NCBI GenBank assembly: GCA_963737265.1 | Contig: CAVTRY010000012.1 | Coordinates: forward strand, 224,001-288,000 | From: an uncultured delta proteobacterium | GTDB lineage: Bacteria > Myxococcota_A > Polyangia > Fen-1088 | Length of the DNA stretch: 64,000 bases | Direction: 5' to 3' | Shown here: in pieces, positions 11,667-23,036 of the stretch | How the letters are laid out: each line of letters starts with the position of its first letter | How positions within the stretch are numbered: the first letter of the stretch is position 1 | Translations under genes and position numbers: made by a program | Notes under the pieces: model-generated | Seen by the model: only the letters and a program-made list of their open reading frames with translations | The model's database searches: none | What the model was told of the DNA's origin: nothing

Positions 11667-11993
11667 TCAGGTGACACTCATCCGATTGGTTCCGCGCTTC
11701 GATGGGTCCAGCGTGACCAGACCGCGCGGCCGCGGGCGAAAGAATGGCTCGATATCGCTGCCACCGCGGGCGTAGCGGTCGTGGGTTCGTTGCAACGCCG
11801 CCGCGTAGAGCTGCGAACGCTCCGATTCCGCAAGCGGCGGATCCCGCCGTTCGAGCACGCCTATCTCCAAACCGAAGCGCTTGAGGATGGCAACGCGATG
11901 CACAGCAAGCACCGCCGGATCGAAGGAAACCTCCAGCAACGCGAACAGGTCTTCGGCACCATCGATGTGACCAATCGCCTGGAGCAAGTCCAT
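11667..11993 (-). CDS. nifW: Nitrogenase-stabilising protein NifW-like
   Basis: AEDLFALLEVSFDPAVLAVHRVAILKRF resembles the NifW core; position within the nif operon. Confidence 0.72.
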   Translation of the reverse strand: MDLLQAIGHIDGAEDLFALLEVSFDPAVLAVHRVAILKRFGLEIGVLERRDPPLAESERSQLYAAALQRTHDRYARGGSDIEPFFRPRPRGLVTLDPSKRGTNRMSVT

Positions 11994-12003
11994 TTCGCTC
12001 ACC

Positions 12004-12267
12004 TCACGCCAACAATGGCTCGAAGCTGAACGCCTTCTTGTTGCATGTGTGGCCGCACGCCTCGCACCCAATGCACGCCTCGGGGTTCTTCACCGAGGCA
12101 AACATTTTCGCCGATTCCTCCTCGTCCACTTCCTTGGGGGCCAGCACCCCGTGGGCACAGATCTTCATGCAGCGGCCGCAGCCGATGCACTTGTTGTCGT
12201 CGACGGCCTTGACGAACTTTGGCGTCCATTCTTGCCGTCCCCGCGTGAGTCCAGTAACGTACGACAT
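12004..12267 (-). CDS. fdxB: nif-specific 2x[4Fe-4S] ferredoxin III
   Basis: CIGCGRCMKIC and CIGCEACGHTC motifs; N-terminal TRG..WTPKF typical of FdxB. Confidence 0.88.
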   Translation of the reverse strand: MSYVTGLTRGRQEWTPKFVKAVDDNKCIGCGRCMKICAHGVLAPKEVDEEESAKMFASVKNPEACIGCEACGHTCNKKAFSFEPLLA

Positions 12268-12307
12268 CTTCGCATCCTTTCTATTGTGATGGGAACCCTG
12301 GAACGGG

Positions 12308-12724
12308 CTATTCCTCGTCGATTTGTTCGATGTGACGACGGCGGGGCGTCACGCCCAGCGTCTTGGCCAACCAAGGTGGCGCCTCGCCGCGCAGCACGTT
12401 TTGCAATTTTTCGACAAATTCCACGATGGGGGCCTCGGTCTGTGTCTTCATGGGATGAATGCGCCTGGCCACCAGTTTGGCAGCGGCCGGACCACCTATC
12501 TGCATCGTGCAAACGATTGAACAACCCGCGAGGGCGGTTGCGCGAGCCGAGATCCGGTCCTCGCCCGTTTCGACGCCGTCCTGGCTGTCCGCACTGTCGG
12601 GCCAGTCCACTTTGCTCACGCACGCCGCCCGGTCCGGTTCGATGTCCCAAAGATAGAACGCCGTGGAGCTACCAAAGTGTTCGTTGATGCGTTCGCCGTC
12701 GCTGCTTGTGAATGCTACCTTCAT
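12308..12724 (-). CDS. nifX: NifX family FeMo-co carrier
   Basis: MKVAFTSSDGERINEHFG, IGGPAAAKLV..IHP, C-terminal PPWL. Confidence 0.87.
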   Translation of the reverse strand: MKVAFTSSDGERINEHFGSSTAFYLWDIEPDRAACVSKVDWPDSADSQDGVETGEDRISARATALAGCSIVCTMQIGGPAAAKLVARRIHPMKTQTEAPIVEFVEKLQNVLRGEAPPWLAKTLGVTPRRRHIEQIDEE

Positions 12725-12739
12725 GATTGAATCCTCCAA

Positions 12740-14209
12740 TCAGCGCATGATCTCGAAGTGACGGTTGTCGCAGGTCTCGTCCTTGATATCGATGTACTTG
12801 TTGCAGATCTCGGTCAGCATGTTGATGACGCCCTGGTAGCCGATGAGGGGTCGGCGGTGCAGATTGACCCGGTCGAAGATGGGAAATCCGAAGCGGAAGA
12901 GCGGAATCTTGGCGTCGCGGGCGATTTGTTTACCGTGGGTGTCGCCGATGATTCCATCCACCTTGTCGGTCATGACGAGCGAGCGCAGGTGCCACAGATC
13001 CTTGTTCATGTAGACCTTGCTTGCCTTGCCGAAGGGCGAGGCATCGAGCAAGGCATGCAATTCGCGTTCGAGCTTCTTCGAGCCCTTGGAACAAAGGATG
13101 TGGTACGGAATAGCGCCCATTTCCAGCAGGAACGAAACGTAGCCGAGCAGGTAGTCCGAGTCGCCATAGACTGCGAACTTCTTGCCGTGTATGTATTGTT
13201 GCGCATCGGTCATCGCGTCCACCGCACGGCCGCGCTCGGCTTTGAGCTGCGCCGGCACGGGCTTGCCGAACAGTTCGGAAAGCTTCATGACAAAGGCGTC
13301 GGTCTTGGCGATGCCCATGGGCATCGGCATGGAAACGTGCTCGCCGGAGTATTGCTCTTTGATCCAAACGAAGGTCTTCAAGGTGGCGAAGGGCGCCACG
13401 GTCAGCGTGGCCTTGCCATTGATAGAGTCCCCCGCCTCTTCGAGTTTGGTGCCGCCAGGATAGATACGGTAGGTCCCGTCGTTGGGCGAATCGAAGGTTT
13501 CGGAAATGTCGGCCAACAAGGTGTAAGGGATGCCGAAGACTTCGAAGATGCGCTTGTACTCGCGGTAGTTGCCGGTATTGGCGTCGAATCCAGCAATGAA
13601 GTTGAGTTTCCCCGTGCAGCGCCCTTCGACGGCTTTGCCCTCGGTCAGGGTCTGTAGAATGCTCATAAGCATCGAGTCGTAGCCATGCACGTGCGATCCG
13701 CTGAACGAAGGCGTGTTGGCATAGGGAATAAGGAAATCGTTCGGGATGCACCCCTTTTGCCGAGCATTCCCGATGAACGATCGAAGGTCATCGCCGATAA
13801 CCTCGGGCATGCATGACGTGAAAACCGCAATCATCTTGGGTTTGTACAGCGCATAGGCATTTTCCAAGCCCTCGTGCAGGTTGTTTTGGCCTCCGAACAC
13901 GGCGCCGTCCTCGGTCATCGAGTCGGACACTGCTGGCGCGGGTTCGCGGAAGTGACGGTTGAGCGTCGAGCGATAGTAGGACGCGCAGCCCTGGGCGCCG
14001 TGGACGAAGGGCAAGGTTTCGGCGAAACCGTGCGCGGCGAGCTGCGCTCCGAGCGGCTGGCAAGCGTGCGCGGGATTCACCACCAGGGCTTGGCGCGCGA
14101 AGTTCTTCTCTTTGTAGTCCTCGGTGTTGATCCACTCGGCGATACGTTTCTCATCTTCCGGACAAATGCCGGTGACGGGCTTGACGGGCAATCCTAGGTC
14201 GTTGGACAT
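12740..14209 (-). CDS. nifK: Nitrogenase MoFe protein beta chain
   Basis: NPAHACQPLG, HGAQGC, HFREP, TSCMPEVIGDD, TPSF, GFPIFDR. Confidence 0.97.
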   Translation of the reverse strand: MSNDLGLPVKPVTGICPEDEKRIAEWINTEDYKEKNFARQALVVNPAHACQPLGAQLAAHGFAETLPFVHGAQGCASYYRSTLNRHFREPAPAVSDSMTEDGAVFGGQNNLHEGLENAYALYKPKMIAVFTSCMPEVIGDDLRSFIGNARQKGCIPNDFLIPYANTPSFSGSHVHGYDSMLMSILQTLTEGKAVEGRCTGKLNFIAGFDANTGNYREYKRIFEVFGIPYTLLADISETFDSPNDGTYRIYPGGTKLEEAGDSINGKATLTVAPFATLKTFVWIKEQYSGEHVSMPMPMGIAKTDAFVMKLSELFGKPVPAQLKAERGRAVDAMTDAQQYIHGKKFAVYGDSDYLLGYVSFLLEMGAIPYHILCSKGSKKLERELHALLDASPFGKASKVYMNKDLWHLRSLVMTDKVDGIIGDTHGKQIARDAKIPLFRFGFPIFDRVNLHRRPLIGYQGVINMLTEICNKYIDIKDETCDNRHFEIMR

Positions 14210-14231
14210 GGTGAAACTCCGCAACATACGG

Positions 14232-15680
14232 TTAGAAAGGCGCCTTGACTAACTTCCACGTGGGACTGTTGATGGCCAGGTCGAGATCTTTGGCGAACAC
14301 CGGGAAGCCCATGTACGCGTGGTACGGCCCGGAATAGTCCCAGCTGTGCATTTGGCGAAAGGGTATCCCCATCTTTTGGAATAGGTATTTCTCCTTGATG
14401 CCACTGCCCACGAGGTCGGGCTTTAGCTCCTCGACAAACTTCTCAAGCTCGTATTCGCTGGCGTCGTCGTAGATGACCGTGGCGTCCGGCATTTCGGGCG
14501 AGGTGCGCTCGTAGTCGTCGTTGTGGGCGAATTCGTAGCCCGATCCGACCACCACCATGCCGAGATCCTCGTAGGCACTCACGGTATGCCGGGGGCGCAA
14601 CCCGCCCACATAGAGCATGACCTTCTTGCCTTCGAGGCGCGGCCGGTACTCCTCGATCACCTTCTGCATTTCCGGATCGTACTTGGCGATGGCCGCCTCG
14701 ACCTTCTCCTTGATGGTGTCGTCGAAGCGCTCGGCGAGTTTGCGAAGGCTGGCCTTGATCTTGGTGGGACCGAAGAAGTTTAGCTCCAACCAGGGAATCT
14801 TGTACTTCTCCTCCATCACGCGGGCCATGTAGTTCATGGAGCGATAGCAGTGAATGACATTCAACTTCACCTGATGGGTTGCGGCGATGCGGTCAATCTC
14901 GCCGTCGCCGGTCCAGGTGGCCTTGACGTTGAAACCACACTCTTCCAAGAGCGGCTTGACCGACCAGACGTCGCCACCAATGTTGTAGTCGCCGATGAGC
15001 GCGATATCGTAGGGGCCGACCGGTTCACTGAATTCGCGCGTCTCGATGATGTAGTCGCGAATCGTGTCGTTGGAGATGTGGTGGCCAAGCGACTGACTGA
15101 CCCCGCGGAAGCCCTCGCAGTTGCACGGGATGACGGGCAAGTCCAATTCCTTCGACATCGTCCGCGCCACCGAGTTGATGTCGTCGCCGATAAGTCCGAC
15201 CGGACACTCCGAGAGGACGGAGATTCCTTTGGCCAGCGGGAAAAGCTGTTTGGTCTCCTTGAGCAGTTGGGCCAGCTTTTTGTCGCCACCGTAGACGATG
15301 TCCTTCTCCTGGAAGTCCGAGGTCATCTGCATGGCGAAGTTGGACACGCCGTTGATGCCGGACATGAGATTGCGGCGCGTGCCCCATGAGTACCAGCCGC
15401 AACCCACCGGACCGTGCGAGATGTGGGCCATGTCGCGGATGGGGCCCCACACCACGCCCTTGGCGCCGGCGTAGGCGCAGCCGCGCGCACTCATCACGCC
15501 GGGCACGGTCTTCCGGTTCGACTTCACGCACGCCGATGTGGCCTCCGGATCGTTGGGCGCCAAGTGCGGCGTCCGTTTCTTGCGGGCCTTTTCCGGATAG
15601 ACCTCAAGGGTGCGGTCGATCATGGCCTGCGTCGACTCGCGCGTGATGCCTTCCACTGTTTTCTTTACATCGGCGGACAT
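14232..15680 (-). CDS. nifD: Nitrogenase MoFe protein alpha chain
   Basis: [27 protein letters not shown] (Cys ligand), GGLRPRH, MHSWDY (His ligand). Confidence 0.98.
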   Translation of the reverse strand: MSADVKKTVEGITRESTQAMIDRTLEVYPEKARKKRTPHLAPNDPEATSACVKSNRKTVPGVMSARGCAYAGAKGVVWGPIRDMAHISHGPVGCGWYSWGTRRNLMSGINGVSNFAMQMTSDFQEKDIVYGGDKKLAQLLKETKQLFPLAKGISVLSECPVGLIGDDINSVARTMSKELDLPVIPCNCEGFRGVSQSLGHHISNDTIRDYIIETREFSEPVGPYDIALIGDYNIGGDVWSVKPLLEECGFNVKATWTGDGEIDRIAATHQVKLNVIHCYRSMNYMARVMEEKYKIPWLELNFFGPTKIKASLRKLAERFDDTIKEKVEAAIAKYDPEMQKVIEEYRPRLEGKKVMLYVGGLRPRHTVSAYEDLGMVVVGSGYEFAHNDDYERTSPEMPDATVIYDDASEYELEKFVEELKPDLVGSGIKEKYLFQKMGIPFRQMHSWDYSGPYHAYMGFPVFAKDLDLAINSPTWKLVKAPF

Positions 15681-15701
15681 GGTCAGGTTCTCCTTGGTGA
15701 T

Positions 15702-16622
<921 letters not shown>

Positions 16623-16651
16623 TCAACAGTCGATTACTGACTAGCCACTAC

Positions 16652-16667
16652 TGCAACAGGAATGCCA
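16652..16667 (-). promoter_or_regulatory. sigma54 (-24/-12) promoter of nifH operon
   Basis: Minus strand reads TGGCATTCCTGTTGCA (GG-N10-GC spacing), about 78 bp upstream of the nifH ATG. Confidence 0.9.
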
Positions 16668-16786
16668 GGCCGCAAGTGGGGCGAATCCTCGCGCTTCACC
16701 CAAGCCGTTCGACAAGAACGACGAACATCGAGGCGATGCCGGAAGCGATTGTCGAAGCCGACTGTCGAGCTTTGGGCGCGGCCGTG

Positions 16787-18412
16787 TCAGACAGCTCTGC
16801 GCGCCCGCCTGGCGGGTGCCAGTTGGGCCAGATCGATGGCCAGCTTGTGGATCTTGTAGCGCACCATGCGTTCACCCAGGCCCAGCTCGCGGCCGGCAGC
16901 ACTGACATTGCCCGCCGCGCGTTTGAGCGCATCGACAAGCATGTCGCGTTCTAGCTGGGCAACATTGGATCGGAGCGAGCCATCGGTGCTGGCCGGCAAC
17001 TGCGCCGGCATTTGCAACGTGGGAGGCAGGTCGCGGCCGTGAATGACCCCTTCTTTCGACAGGAGCACCGCGTGCTCCATGCAGTTTTCCAGCTCCCTAA
17101 CATTGCCGGGCCAGTGATAGGCCACCAACATATTGATGGCGCTGGTGGTGATGCGCCGAACTGGCTTCTTCATTTTGGCCGCGAACTTCTGACTGAAGTG
17201 GTTGGCCAAGGCCAGCACGTCGTCCTTGCGCTCGCGCAAAGGTGGCAAAAAGACTGGAAAGACGTTGATGCGGTAGAAGAGGTCGGCGCGAAACTGGCCG
17301 TCTTTCATCAGGGCTTCGAGATCCCGATTGGTCGCCGCCACCAGGCGAACGTTGACTCGAATGGTCTTGTTGCTGCCCACGCGTTCAAATTCGCGTTCTT
17401 GAATGGTGCGTAGCAGTTTGACCTGCACCGACGGCGAAAAGTCGCCGATCTCGTCGAGAAAAAGCGTGCCACCGTCGGCCTCCTCGAAACGACCGGCTCT
17501 GGCGAACAGTGCCGATGTAAAGGCACCCTTTTCGTGACCGAAAAGCTCGCTTTCGAGAAGACCCTCGCTGAGCGCCGAGCAGTTCACCTTCACGAACGGG
17601 CCGCGCGAGCGACCACTTAGGTAATGAATGGCGGCAGCCACCAGTTCCTTGCCAGTCCCCGATTCGCCCCGAATTAGCACCGTCGTGTCCGCCTCGGCGA
17701 CTTGGCGGATGCGTGCGTAGACCGGCCGCATCGAAGCGGAATCCCCGACCATGTTCTCGGGTCGCGACGCCACCTGCAATTCAGACAACAGACGCTTTCG
17801 TTCGTCCTCAAGCGCGACCGCCTCGGCGTGCATTTCCCGTCGGCGTTTGATGTCGTTGGCAATCAGTCCGGCGACGATGCTTAGGACTCTTTCCGCGTCT
17901 TGTAGAAAATCGATGTCCCGTTTGGGTAAATCGACCGAGAGTGTGCCCACCGTTTCTTGTCCGATCGCAACCGGCAAGGCGATGAAGCTCCATCCCTTGG
18001 CATCGATCTGCGCGCCTTTGCGGCGATGCACCCGGTCCTGAAAGCGAGGTTCGTCCTCGATACTAGGAATGATCAGCGACTTTCCCGTTTCCACCACCCG
18101 CCCCAGAATTCCCTCGCCGCGCCGATAGCGCGCGCCATCGCGTGGCTTGGTGCCCGACGGACGCAGTGCCTCGACATACAGCTCGGCGCCATCGCTCAAC
18201 AGCAACATCACGGTCGCGCGTGACATTTCCAGGCGCTCTTCGAGAACGCGCAGAATTTCCCGCAGCATGTCCTCCTGCGAGGCCGTCGAGGCCAAGGTCC
18301 GCGCGACCTCGGCCAGCGCATCCAGCGATTGCACGTGCCGTCGCGAGCCAGATCGACAAATGTGACAAGGATCCCGGTGGAGCCGCAGCAGGCTTTCAGG
18401 AACGAGCGTCAT
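16787..18412 (-). CDS. nifA: NifA-like sigma54 enhancer-binding protein (GAF-AAA+-HTH)
   Basis: GAF region, GESGTGKE, ESELFGHEKGAFTSA, LFLDEI, WPGNVRELEN, C-terminal Fis-type HTH. The ATG at 18412 overlaps the GNAT stop. Confidence 0.85.
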   Translation of the reverse strand: MTLVPESLLRLHRDPCHICRSGSRRHVQSLDALAEVARTLASTASQEDMLREILRVLEERLEMSRATVMLLLSDGAELYVEALRPSGTKPRDGARYRRGEGILGRVVETGKSLIIPSIEDEPRFQDRVHRRKGAQIDAKGWSFIALPVAIGQETVGTLSVDLPKRDIDFLQDAERVLSIVAGLIANDIKRRREMHAEAVALEDERKRLLSELQVASRPENMVGDSASMRPVYARIRQVAEADTTVLIRGESGTGKELVAAAIHYLSGRSRGPFVKVNCSALSEGLLESELFGHEKGAFTSALFARAGRFEEADGGTLFLDEIGDFSPSVQVKLLRTIQEREFERVGSNKTIRVNVRLVAATNRDLEALMKDGQFRADLFYRINVFPVFLPPLRERKDDVLALANHFSQKFAAKMKKPVRRITTSAINMLVAYHWPGNVRELENCMEHAVLLSKEGVIHGRDLPPTLQMPAQLPASTDGSLRSNVAQLERDMLVDALKRAAGNVSAAGRELGLGERMVRYKIHKLAIDLAQLAPARRARRAV

Positions 18413-18954
18413 GCCACGGAAAGCGAGGGCAATTGCACGTTGGTTCGCCGCCCCAAATGCAACCGCAACGGCTGCATGGCCGAGGCAGAGAACCCGTGGC
18501 GCGCATAAAGACGGCGGGCGCGGGCGTTGTCGCCGTCGGCGAGAAGGGTAATTCGCGTCACCCCTTCGCGCCGCGCCCACTCGATGGCCGCGCGCAGGAG
18601 TCGAGTCCCCAACCCCTTGCCGCGTTGGTCGGGCCGGACGACCAGATCCTCAAGCCACGCCACTTTGCCGCCCTCGGCGGTGCTGATGGTGAATAGCAAG
18701 CTAACCATGCCAAGAATTTTCGCTCCACGCGTGAGCACGAACAAGCGACCGATGGTTGGCTGCGCCAGCAGCAGCTCGAGCGCCCGCCTCTGTTTCGCCG
18801 GCGCCGGGGCGAAGTCCGCTTCCTGCTTGAACAAATAGCCCAAGAGCTCGGCCATCGCCTCGATATCGGGTTCGCGCGCCTCGCGCACACGGATCCATTC
18901 TCGCGTCCGCGTCTTTCGCGCCGGGCGGCGCGGGCTGTCGGTGGTTGCTTCCAT
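18409..18954 (-). CDS. GNAT family acetyltransferase
   Basis: LEDLVVRPDQRGKGLG acetyl-CoA motif; N..ARRLY...GF. Confidence 0.88.
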   Translation of the reverse strand: MEATTDSPRRPARKTRTREWIRVREAREPDIEAMAELLGYLFKQEADFAPAPAKQRRALELLLAQPTIGRLFVLTRGAKILGMVSLLFTISTAEGGKVAWLEDLVVRPDQRGKGLGTRLLRAAIEWARREGVTRITLLADGDNARARRLYARHGFSASAMQPLRLHLGRRTNVQLPSLSVA

Positions 18955-19180
18955 ATTGTCCTCTTACTCTAACCGCGAACTTGTTATCGAAATGTTTCGT
19001 TTCGATGAACGATGGACGACAGCGGCGTGCTTCTGCCTCCGCGCCGGCATTGACAGGTCTCACCTCGGCGTCGGCCCACAGAGGTGAACGGTGGAGAGCA
19101 AGGCTGGCGCAGCATAGGGCCGCCGTGCGCGCTGGTTGGTGAAGGTTCGGTGACAATATCCAAACAAATCCGCGCTATGC

Positions 19181-20413
19181 TTGGTGGCTGTCACTGAAAA
19201 AAGCGCGAGAAACACCTTGAGTCGCACCTTCGGCCTGTTCGTCGTCCTGACCATCGCTTGCGCCATCGTCGCTGGACTCCACTACTATTTCTGGATCCGC
19301 CTGGTGCGCGACACTCAGCTCTCGGGCATTGGACGATACCTGGCAACGGCTGGCGTCGTCGGCCTGGTCGTCCTCGTCGTGGCGACGGTGTCGGTGGGTC
19401 GCATGGTTCCGCGCCTCGGCCGCGTGCTTGCCTGGCCGGGCTTCGTGTGGATGGGCATGATGTTCATGCTGCTGATGGTCCTTGCCAGCCTGGATGTAGT
19501 TCGCCTGGTCGCGCTGCTGGCAAGCCGGCTGGCCGCGCCAGCCCACGCCGTCGATCCCGCGCGCCGCACCTTCATCGCGCGCGCCCTCGCCGGTTCGGCC
19601 CTCGCCGCGCTGGGAGGGCTTGCCGGTGCGGCCGTGCGAGCGACGTTAAAGGACGTGGCGGTCAAACGCGTGGAGATTACCTTGGACCGTCTTCCACCGG
19701 CTCTCGACGGGTTCAAGATAGTCCAGCTTTGCGATCTCCACATCGGCGGAATTCTTGGACGGGATTTCGTGGAACAGGTCGTCCGCCACACCAACGACCT
19801 CCATCCCGACGTGGTCGCGATCGTGGGTGACCTGGTCGACGGGAGCGTGGCCAAGCTGCGTCCGGCGCTTCGGCCCCTTACCGAGCTGAAGGCCGCGCAC
19901 GGGCTCTTCTTCGTCACGGGCAACCACGAGTACTACTCGGGTTCCGGCGCCGCTGACTGGATGGCCGAGCTCGAACGCATGGGATTCCGCGTGCTGCGCA
20001 ACGAACGCGTTGCCATCGGTTCGGCGCAAGCGAGCTTCGACCTGGCGGGCGTTCCCGATCACGGAGCCGTGCGTTTTCCCGACGACGGTCCGAGTGAAAA
20101 CGTCGCCCTGGCGATGTCTGGGCGGGATCCCTCGCGCGCCGTCGTGCTGCTTGCCCATCAACCGATTGCCATCCATCAGGCGGCCCGCCTCGGCGTCGAT
20201 TTGCAGCTTTCCGGCCATACCCACGGCGGACAAATCTGGCCGTGGGGCGCGCTGGTCAGGCTCCAGCAGCCCTTCATCCGCAGCTTGCATCGCGTGGGCG
20301 AGACCCAGCTTTATGTAAGCTGCGGAACCGGCTACTGGGGACCGCCCATGCGGCTCGGCGCGCCGGCGGAGATCACCGAGATCATCTTGCGCGCGGGGCG
20401 CACGATGGGGTGA
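19181..20413 (+). CDS. Membrane-anchored metallophosphoesterase (YkuE/YaeI-like)
   Basis: N-terminal TM helices; DLH, GDLVD, GNHE, HQP, SGHTHGGQ. Confidence 0.88.
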   Translation: MVAVTEKSARNTLSRTFGLFVVLTIACAIVAGLHYYFWIRLVRDTQLSGIGRYLATAGVVGLVVLVVATVSVGRMVPRLGRVLAWPGFVWMGMMFMLLMVLASLDVVRLVALLASRLAAPAHAVDPARRTFIARALAGSALAALGGLAGAAVRATLKDVAVKRVEITLDRLPPALDGFKIVQLCDLHIGGILGRDFVEQVVRHTNDLHPDVVAIVGDLVDGSVAKLRPALRPLTELKAAHGLFFVTGNHEYYSGSGAADWMAELERMGFRVLRNERVAIGSAQASFDLAGVPDHGAVRFPDDGPSENVALAMSGRDPSRAVVLLAHQPIAIHQAARLGVDLQLSGHTHGGQIWPWGALVRLQQPFIRSLHRVGETQLYVSCGTGYWGPPMRLGAPAEITEIILRAGRTMG

Positions 20414-20421
20414 AAGGTTGA

Positions 20422-21309
20422 TTGACCATGGACCGTCGAGAATCACTCCGCGCGCTCGCGACTCTGTCGGTTTCGGCACTTGCGTGCGCGCGGCGAAAGC
20501 AAAGGACGATGACGACGATGAATGAAGCAAACCCAGCGCGTTCGCGCATGCCCATTATTTTCGCCGCGCACGGTGCGCCGGTGCTTCTCGACGATGCCGT
20601 GTGGATGCGCGAGCTGGCGGCCTGGGCGGCTGCGATGCCGAAGCCCAAGAGCATCCTGATGGTTTCCGCGCATTGGGAAGAGCGGCCGGCCACGCTCGGC
20701 GCGACGCGAACCGTGCCGCTCGTTTACGATTTCTACGGCTTTCCCGAGCGCTACTATCAGACCGAGTACGCCGCTCCGGGGGCGCCTGCCCTCGCGACTC
20801 GCGTGCGCGAGCTTCTGCGCAGCCGCAATCTGCCGTTCGCCGACGACGGGGAACGTGGCCTCGACCATGGCGCCTATGTTCCGCTCGTTGCCATGTACCC
20901 CGGAGCCGATGTACCGGTCCTGCAACTCTCGATGCCCCGTCTTGATCCCAAGGGACTCTACGAGCTCGGCCAAGCGCTCGCACCCCTGCGCGGCGAAGGC
21001 GTGCTCGTCTTTGGCAGCGGATTTCTGACCCACAACATGCGCTACGCATTTCGTCCCGGCATCCCGACGTGGGCCAAGGAATTCGACGCCTGGGCCGCCG
21101 AGGCGCTGTTGCGTTTCGATGTGGATGCGCTTCAGGATTTTCGCGCGCGCGCGCCGTCGGCCGAGCTGGCCCTGCCGACGTGGGAGCACTACGCGCCGCT
21201 ATTGGTCGCCGCGGGCGCCGCAAGCGAAAGCCACCCCACGACCACCTTTCCCATCACTGGATTCTGGATGGACGGAGCATTCACCCGCCGATCGGTTCAG
21301 TTCGACTGA
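20422..21309 (+). CDS. Class III extradiol dioxygenase (LigB/DODA/YgiD-like)
   Basis: HGAP, SAHWE, YDFYGFP, RGLDHG, GSGFLTHN, EHYAPL. Exact start uncertain. Confidence 0.88.
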   Translation: MTMDRRESLRALATLSVSALACARRKQRTMTTMNEANPARSRMPIIFAAHGAPVLLDDAVWMRELAAWAAAMPKPKSILMVSAHWEERPATLGATRTVPLVYDFYGFPERYYQTEYAAPGAPALATRVRELLRSRNLPFADDGERGLDHGAYVPLVAMYPGADVPVLQLSMPRLDPKGLYELGQALAPLRGEGVLVFGSGFLTHNMRYAFRPGIPTWAKEFDAWAAEALLRFDVDALQDFRARAPSAELALPTWEHYAPLLVAAGAASESHPTTTFPITGFWMDGAFTRRSVQFD

Positions 21310-21429
21310 CAGGGAGCGAACTGACGAAGACGGGGAGGATTCAGTAGAGCCGATTCGTTCACGGGCAGCTCCGCGACGGTGCCGTCGGGGCCAATGCGGC
21401 CGATTCTTCCGTCCTCGACAATAAGGGCC

Positions 21430-21622
21430 GATATCCGCTTGCCAAGAATTGCCTTTCGAGCCAGCATTGCCGTCGTGAGCTATCGTCATGGACTCATCCC
21501 CCGAGGATTCGCCCTATGTTCCGGGCTCGCCATCGCCGTTTTGGTCGCTTCGGCGACACCCGCCGTTGGTGCAGACAAGCAGGCCAACCAGGCCAAGGAG
21601 CGCGCGGCGAGAAAGGCATGCT
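21430..21622 (+). repeat. 193-bp direct repeat, copy 1 (upstream region plus signal-peptide-coding 5' end)
   Basis: Highly similar to 22844-23036 (GATAT.CGCTTGCCAA...GCCAAGGAGCGCGCGGCGAGAAAGGC). Confidence 0.9.
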
Positions 21623-22002
21623 CGGTAGACGGTCAAGAGTGGCCTCGGCTTGCTACAGGGGTTTGGAAGTTGACTAATACCGTCACCACGGGCAGTCGGA
21701 AGGCGAAAACCTCGACACTAAAGACCGAGGCATGTACGGACCCGAGCTGGCTGTTCTCAACCTACTTCGGGCGCGGAATACTTGAACGCCAAGGATGCCA
21801 GTTCAGCTCGTGGCAAACCTCTTCGGATCACTACCGGATCGAGACCGCTTGCAGGGTTCGTCACGTGGGAGCGTCCCGGACGAAGGGCACCGTCGTCGTC
21901 GAGAACCCCCATGGATTTCGCATGGAGGCCGAGTTGCTCGAGGGAACGAAGCAGATCCAAATCGTCCAGACTGGAAAATGGATTGCGAACTGTAATCATT
22001 AG
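21475..22002 (+). CDS. Secreted hypothetical protein, DUF3617-like, chimeric N-terminus
   Basis: Signal-like AIAVLVASATPAVGA, then GVWKLT..C..GC..C pattern typical of DUF3617. Start approximate (GTG). Confidence 0.55.
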   Translation: MSYRHGLIPRGFALCSGLAIAVLVASATPAVGADKQANQAKERAARKACSVDGQEWPRLATGVWKLTNTVTTGSRKAKTSTLKTEACTDPSWLFSTYFGRGILERQGCQFSSWQTSSDHYRIETACRVRHVGASRTKGTVVVENPHGFRMEAELLEGTKQIQIVQTGKWIANCNH

Positions 22003-22017
22003 TCTTGGAGAATCCTC

Positions 22018-22575
22018 ATGGCCAATTCAGTCACTGTCACGGTAACGAGCCAAATTGTAGGAACGGGATTGGTTGTCCCCTACAATCACCAGCAGGGGCT
22101 CCAGGTACGCAGGCCCGCGCCCGGAAGGCCAGGCCAGCTCGTTCTCTACCAGGTTCCCCTTTATGAGGTTCGAATCGAGGGCGCTCGATCCTATAAGGCG
22201 ATTCGCTTTGCTGTTCGTAATACCGGCGCTGCGCCTTCGACACGTGGTTGCGACACTGGCCTGTCGCATCCCCGTACCTGCACGCCTTCATGGGTGCCCA
22301 ACTACAGTCCGCACAGCTTCAATGGCATCGCGCGTCCTGGAGCATGGCAGCTTCTTCCCGGTGAAGGATTTCTCATTCACGAGGGGGCTGACAGTCGTCG
22401 TCGCGAGGTGGGCGGCAGCATCGGTTGCATCGAAATCGTTGACGGGGGATGGAATTCATTCCTCGCGGATATTGAACACCTCTCGGGGGCTATCTGTTCG
22501 CAAATTGGGCAGGAGCGATTGCTTACCGTCAAGATTCAAGCCGCACCCTATCCGACGGCCACTCTGGTCAGATAG
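22018..22575 (+). CDS. Hypothetical protein with L,D-transpeptidase-like His/Cys motif
   Basis: GGAG SD; FLIHEG...GGSIGCI motif; no signal peptide. Confidence 0.6.
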   Translation: MANSVTVTVTSQIVGTGLVVPYNHQQGLQVRRPAPGRPGQLVLYQVPLYEVRIEGARSYKAIRFAVRNTGAAPSTRGCDTGLSHPRTCTPSWVPNYSPHSFNGIARPGAWQLLPGEGFLIHEGADSRRREVGGSIGCIEIVDGGWNSFLADIEHLSGAICSQIGQERLLTVKIQAAPYPTATLVR

Positions 22576-22843
22576 TGACGGCGGGCAACACAGTAGGCAA
22601 CCCTACGCTATCAACGCGTAAGCGAAACAAGCGGGGTGTTGCGGTGGGCGGAGGGTCTCTGGAAAAGAACTGCTCGCCCGCGATCTCGTCGCGCTCATGC
22701 GCGCGGCACACGCCTCATGTCGAGACGTTAGCGGTGTTGCGAATGAATTGAGCGCGTTCAGCCGGCCCGCTCGGAGGCCCACCCGCTAATCAGAAGCCAG
22801 CACAAGTCGGCTAGCGTGGTGGGGGCAGGGTCTGGGTGAGCTC

Positions 22844-23036
22844 GATATTCGCTTGCCAAAAATTGCCTTTCGAGCCAGCATTGCCGCCATGAGCTACCGT
22901 CATGGACTCATCCCCCGAGGATTCGCCCTATCTTCCGGGCTCGCCATCGCGGTTTTGGTAACTTCAGTGACAACCGCTTTTGGTGCAAGCAAGGAGACCG
23001 ACCAGGCCAAGGAGCGCGCGGCGAGAAAGGCCTGCT
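22844..23036 (+). repeat. 193-bp direct repeat, copy 2, within a truncated TPR-like secreted-protein gene remnant
   Basis: Matches 21430-21622; the ORF ends soon after ARKACLSGD at 23077. Confidence 0.85.

Noticed and set aside
16690-16790. NifA upstream activator sequence
   Set aside because: TGTCG/CGAC half-sites are present but without TGT-N10-ACA spacing.
22576-22700. tRNA 3'-end / att-site remnant (GGTGGGCGGAGGG...)
   Set aside because: Too degenerate: no intact T-arm, no second copy and no integrase in the window.
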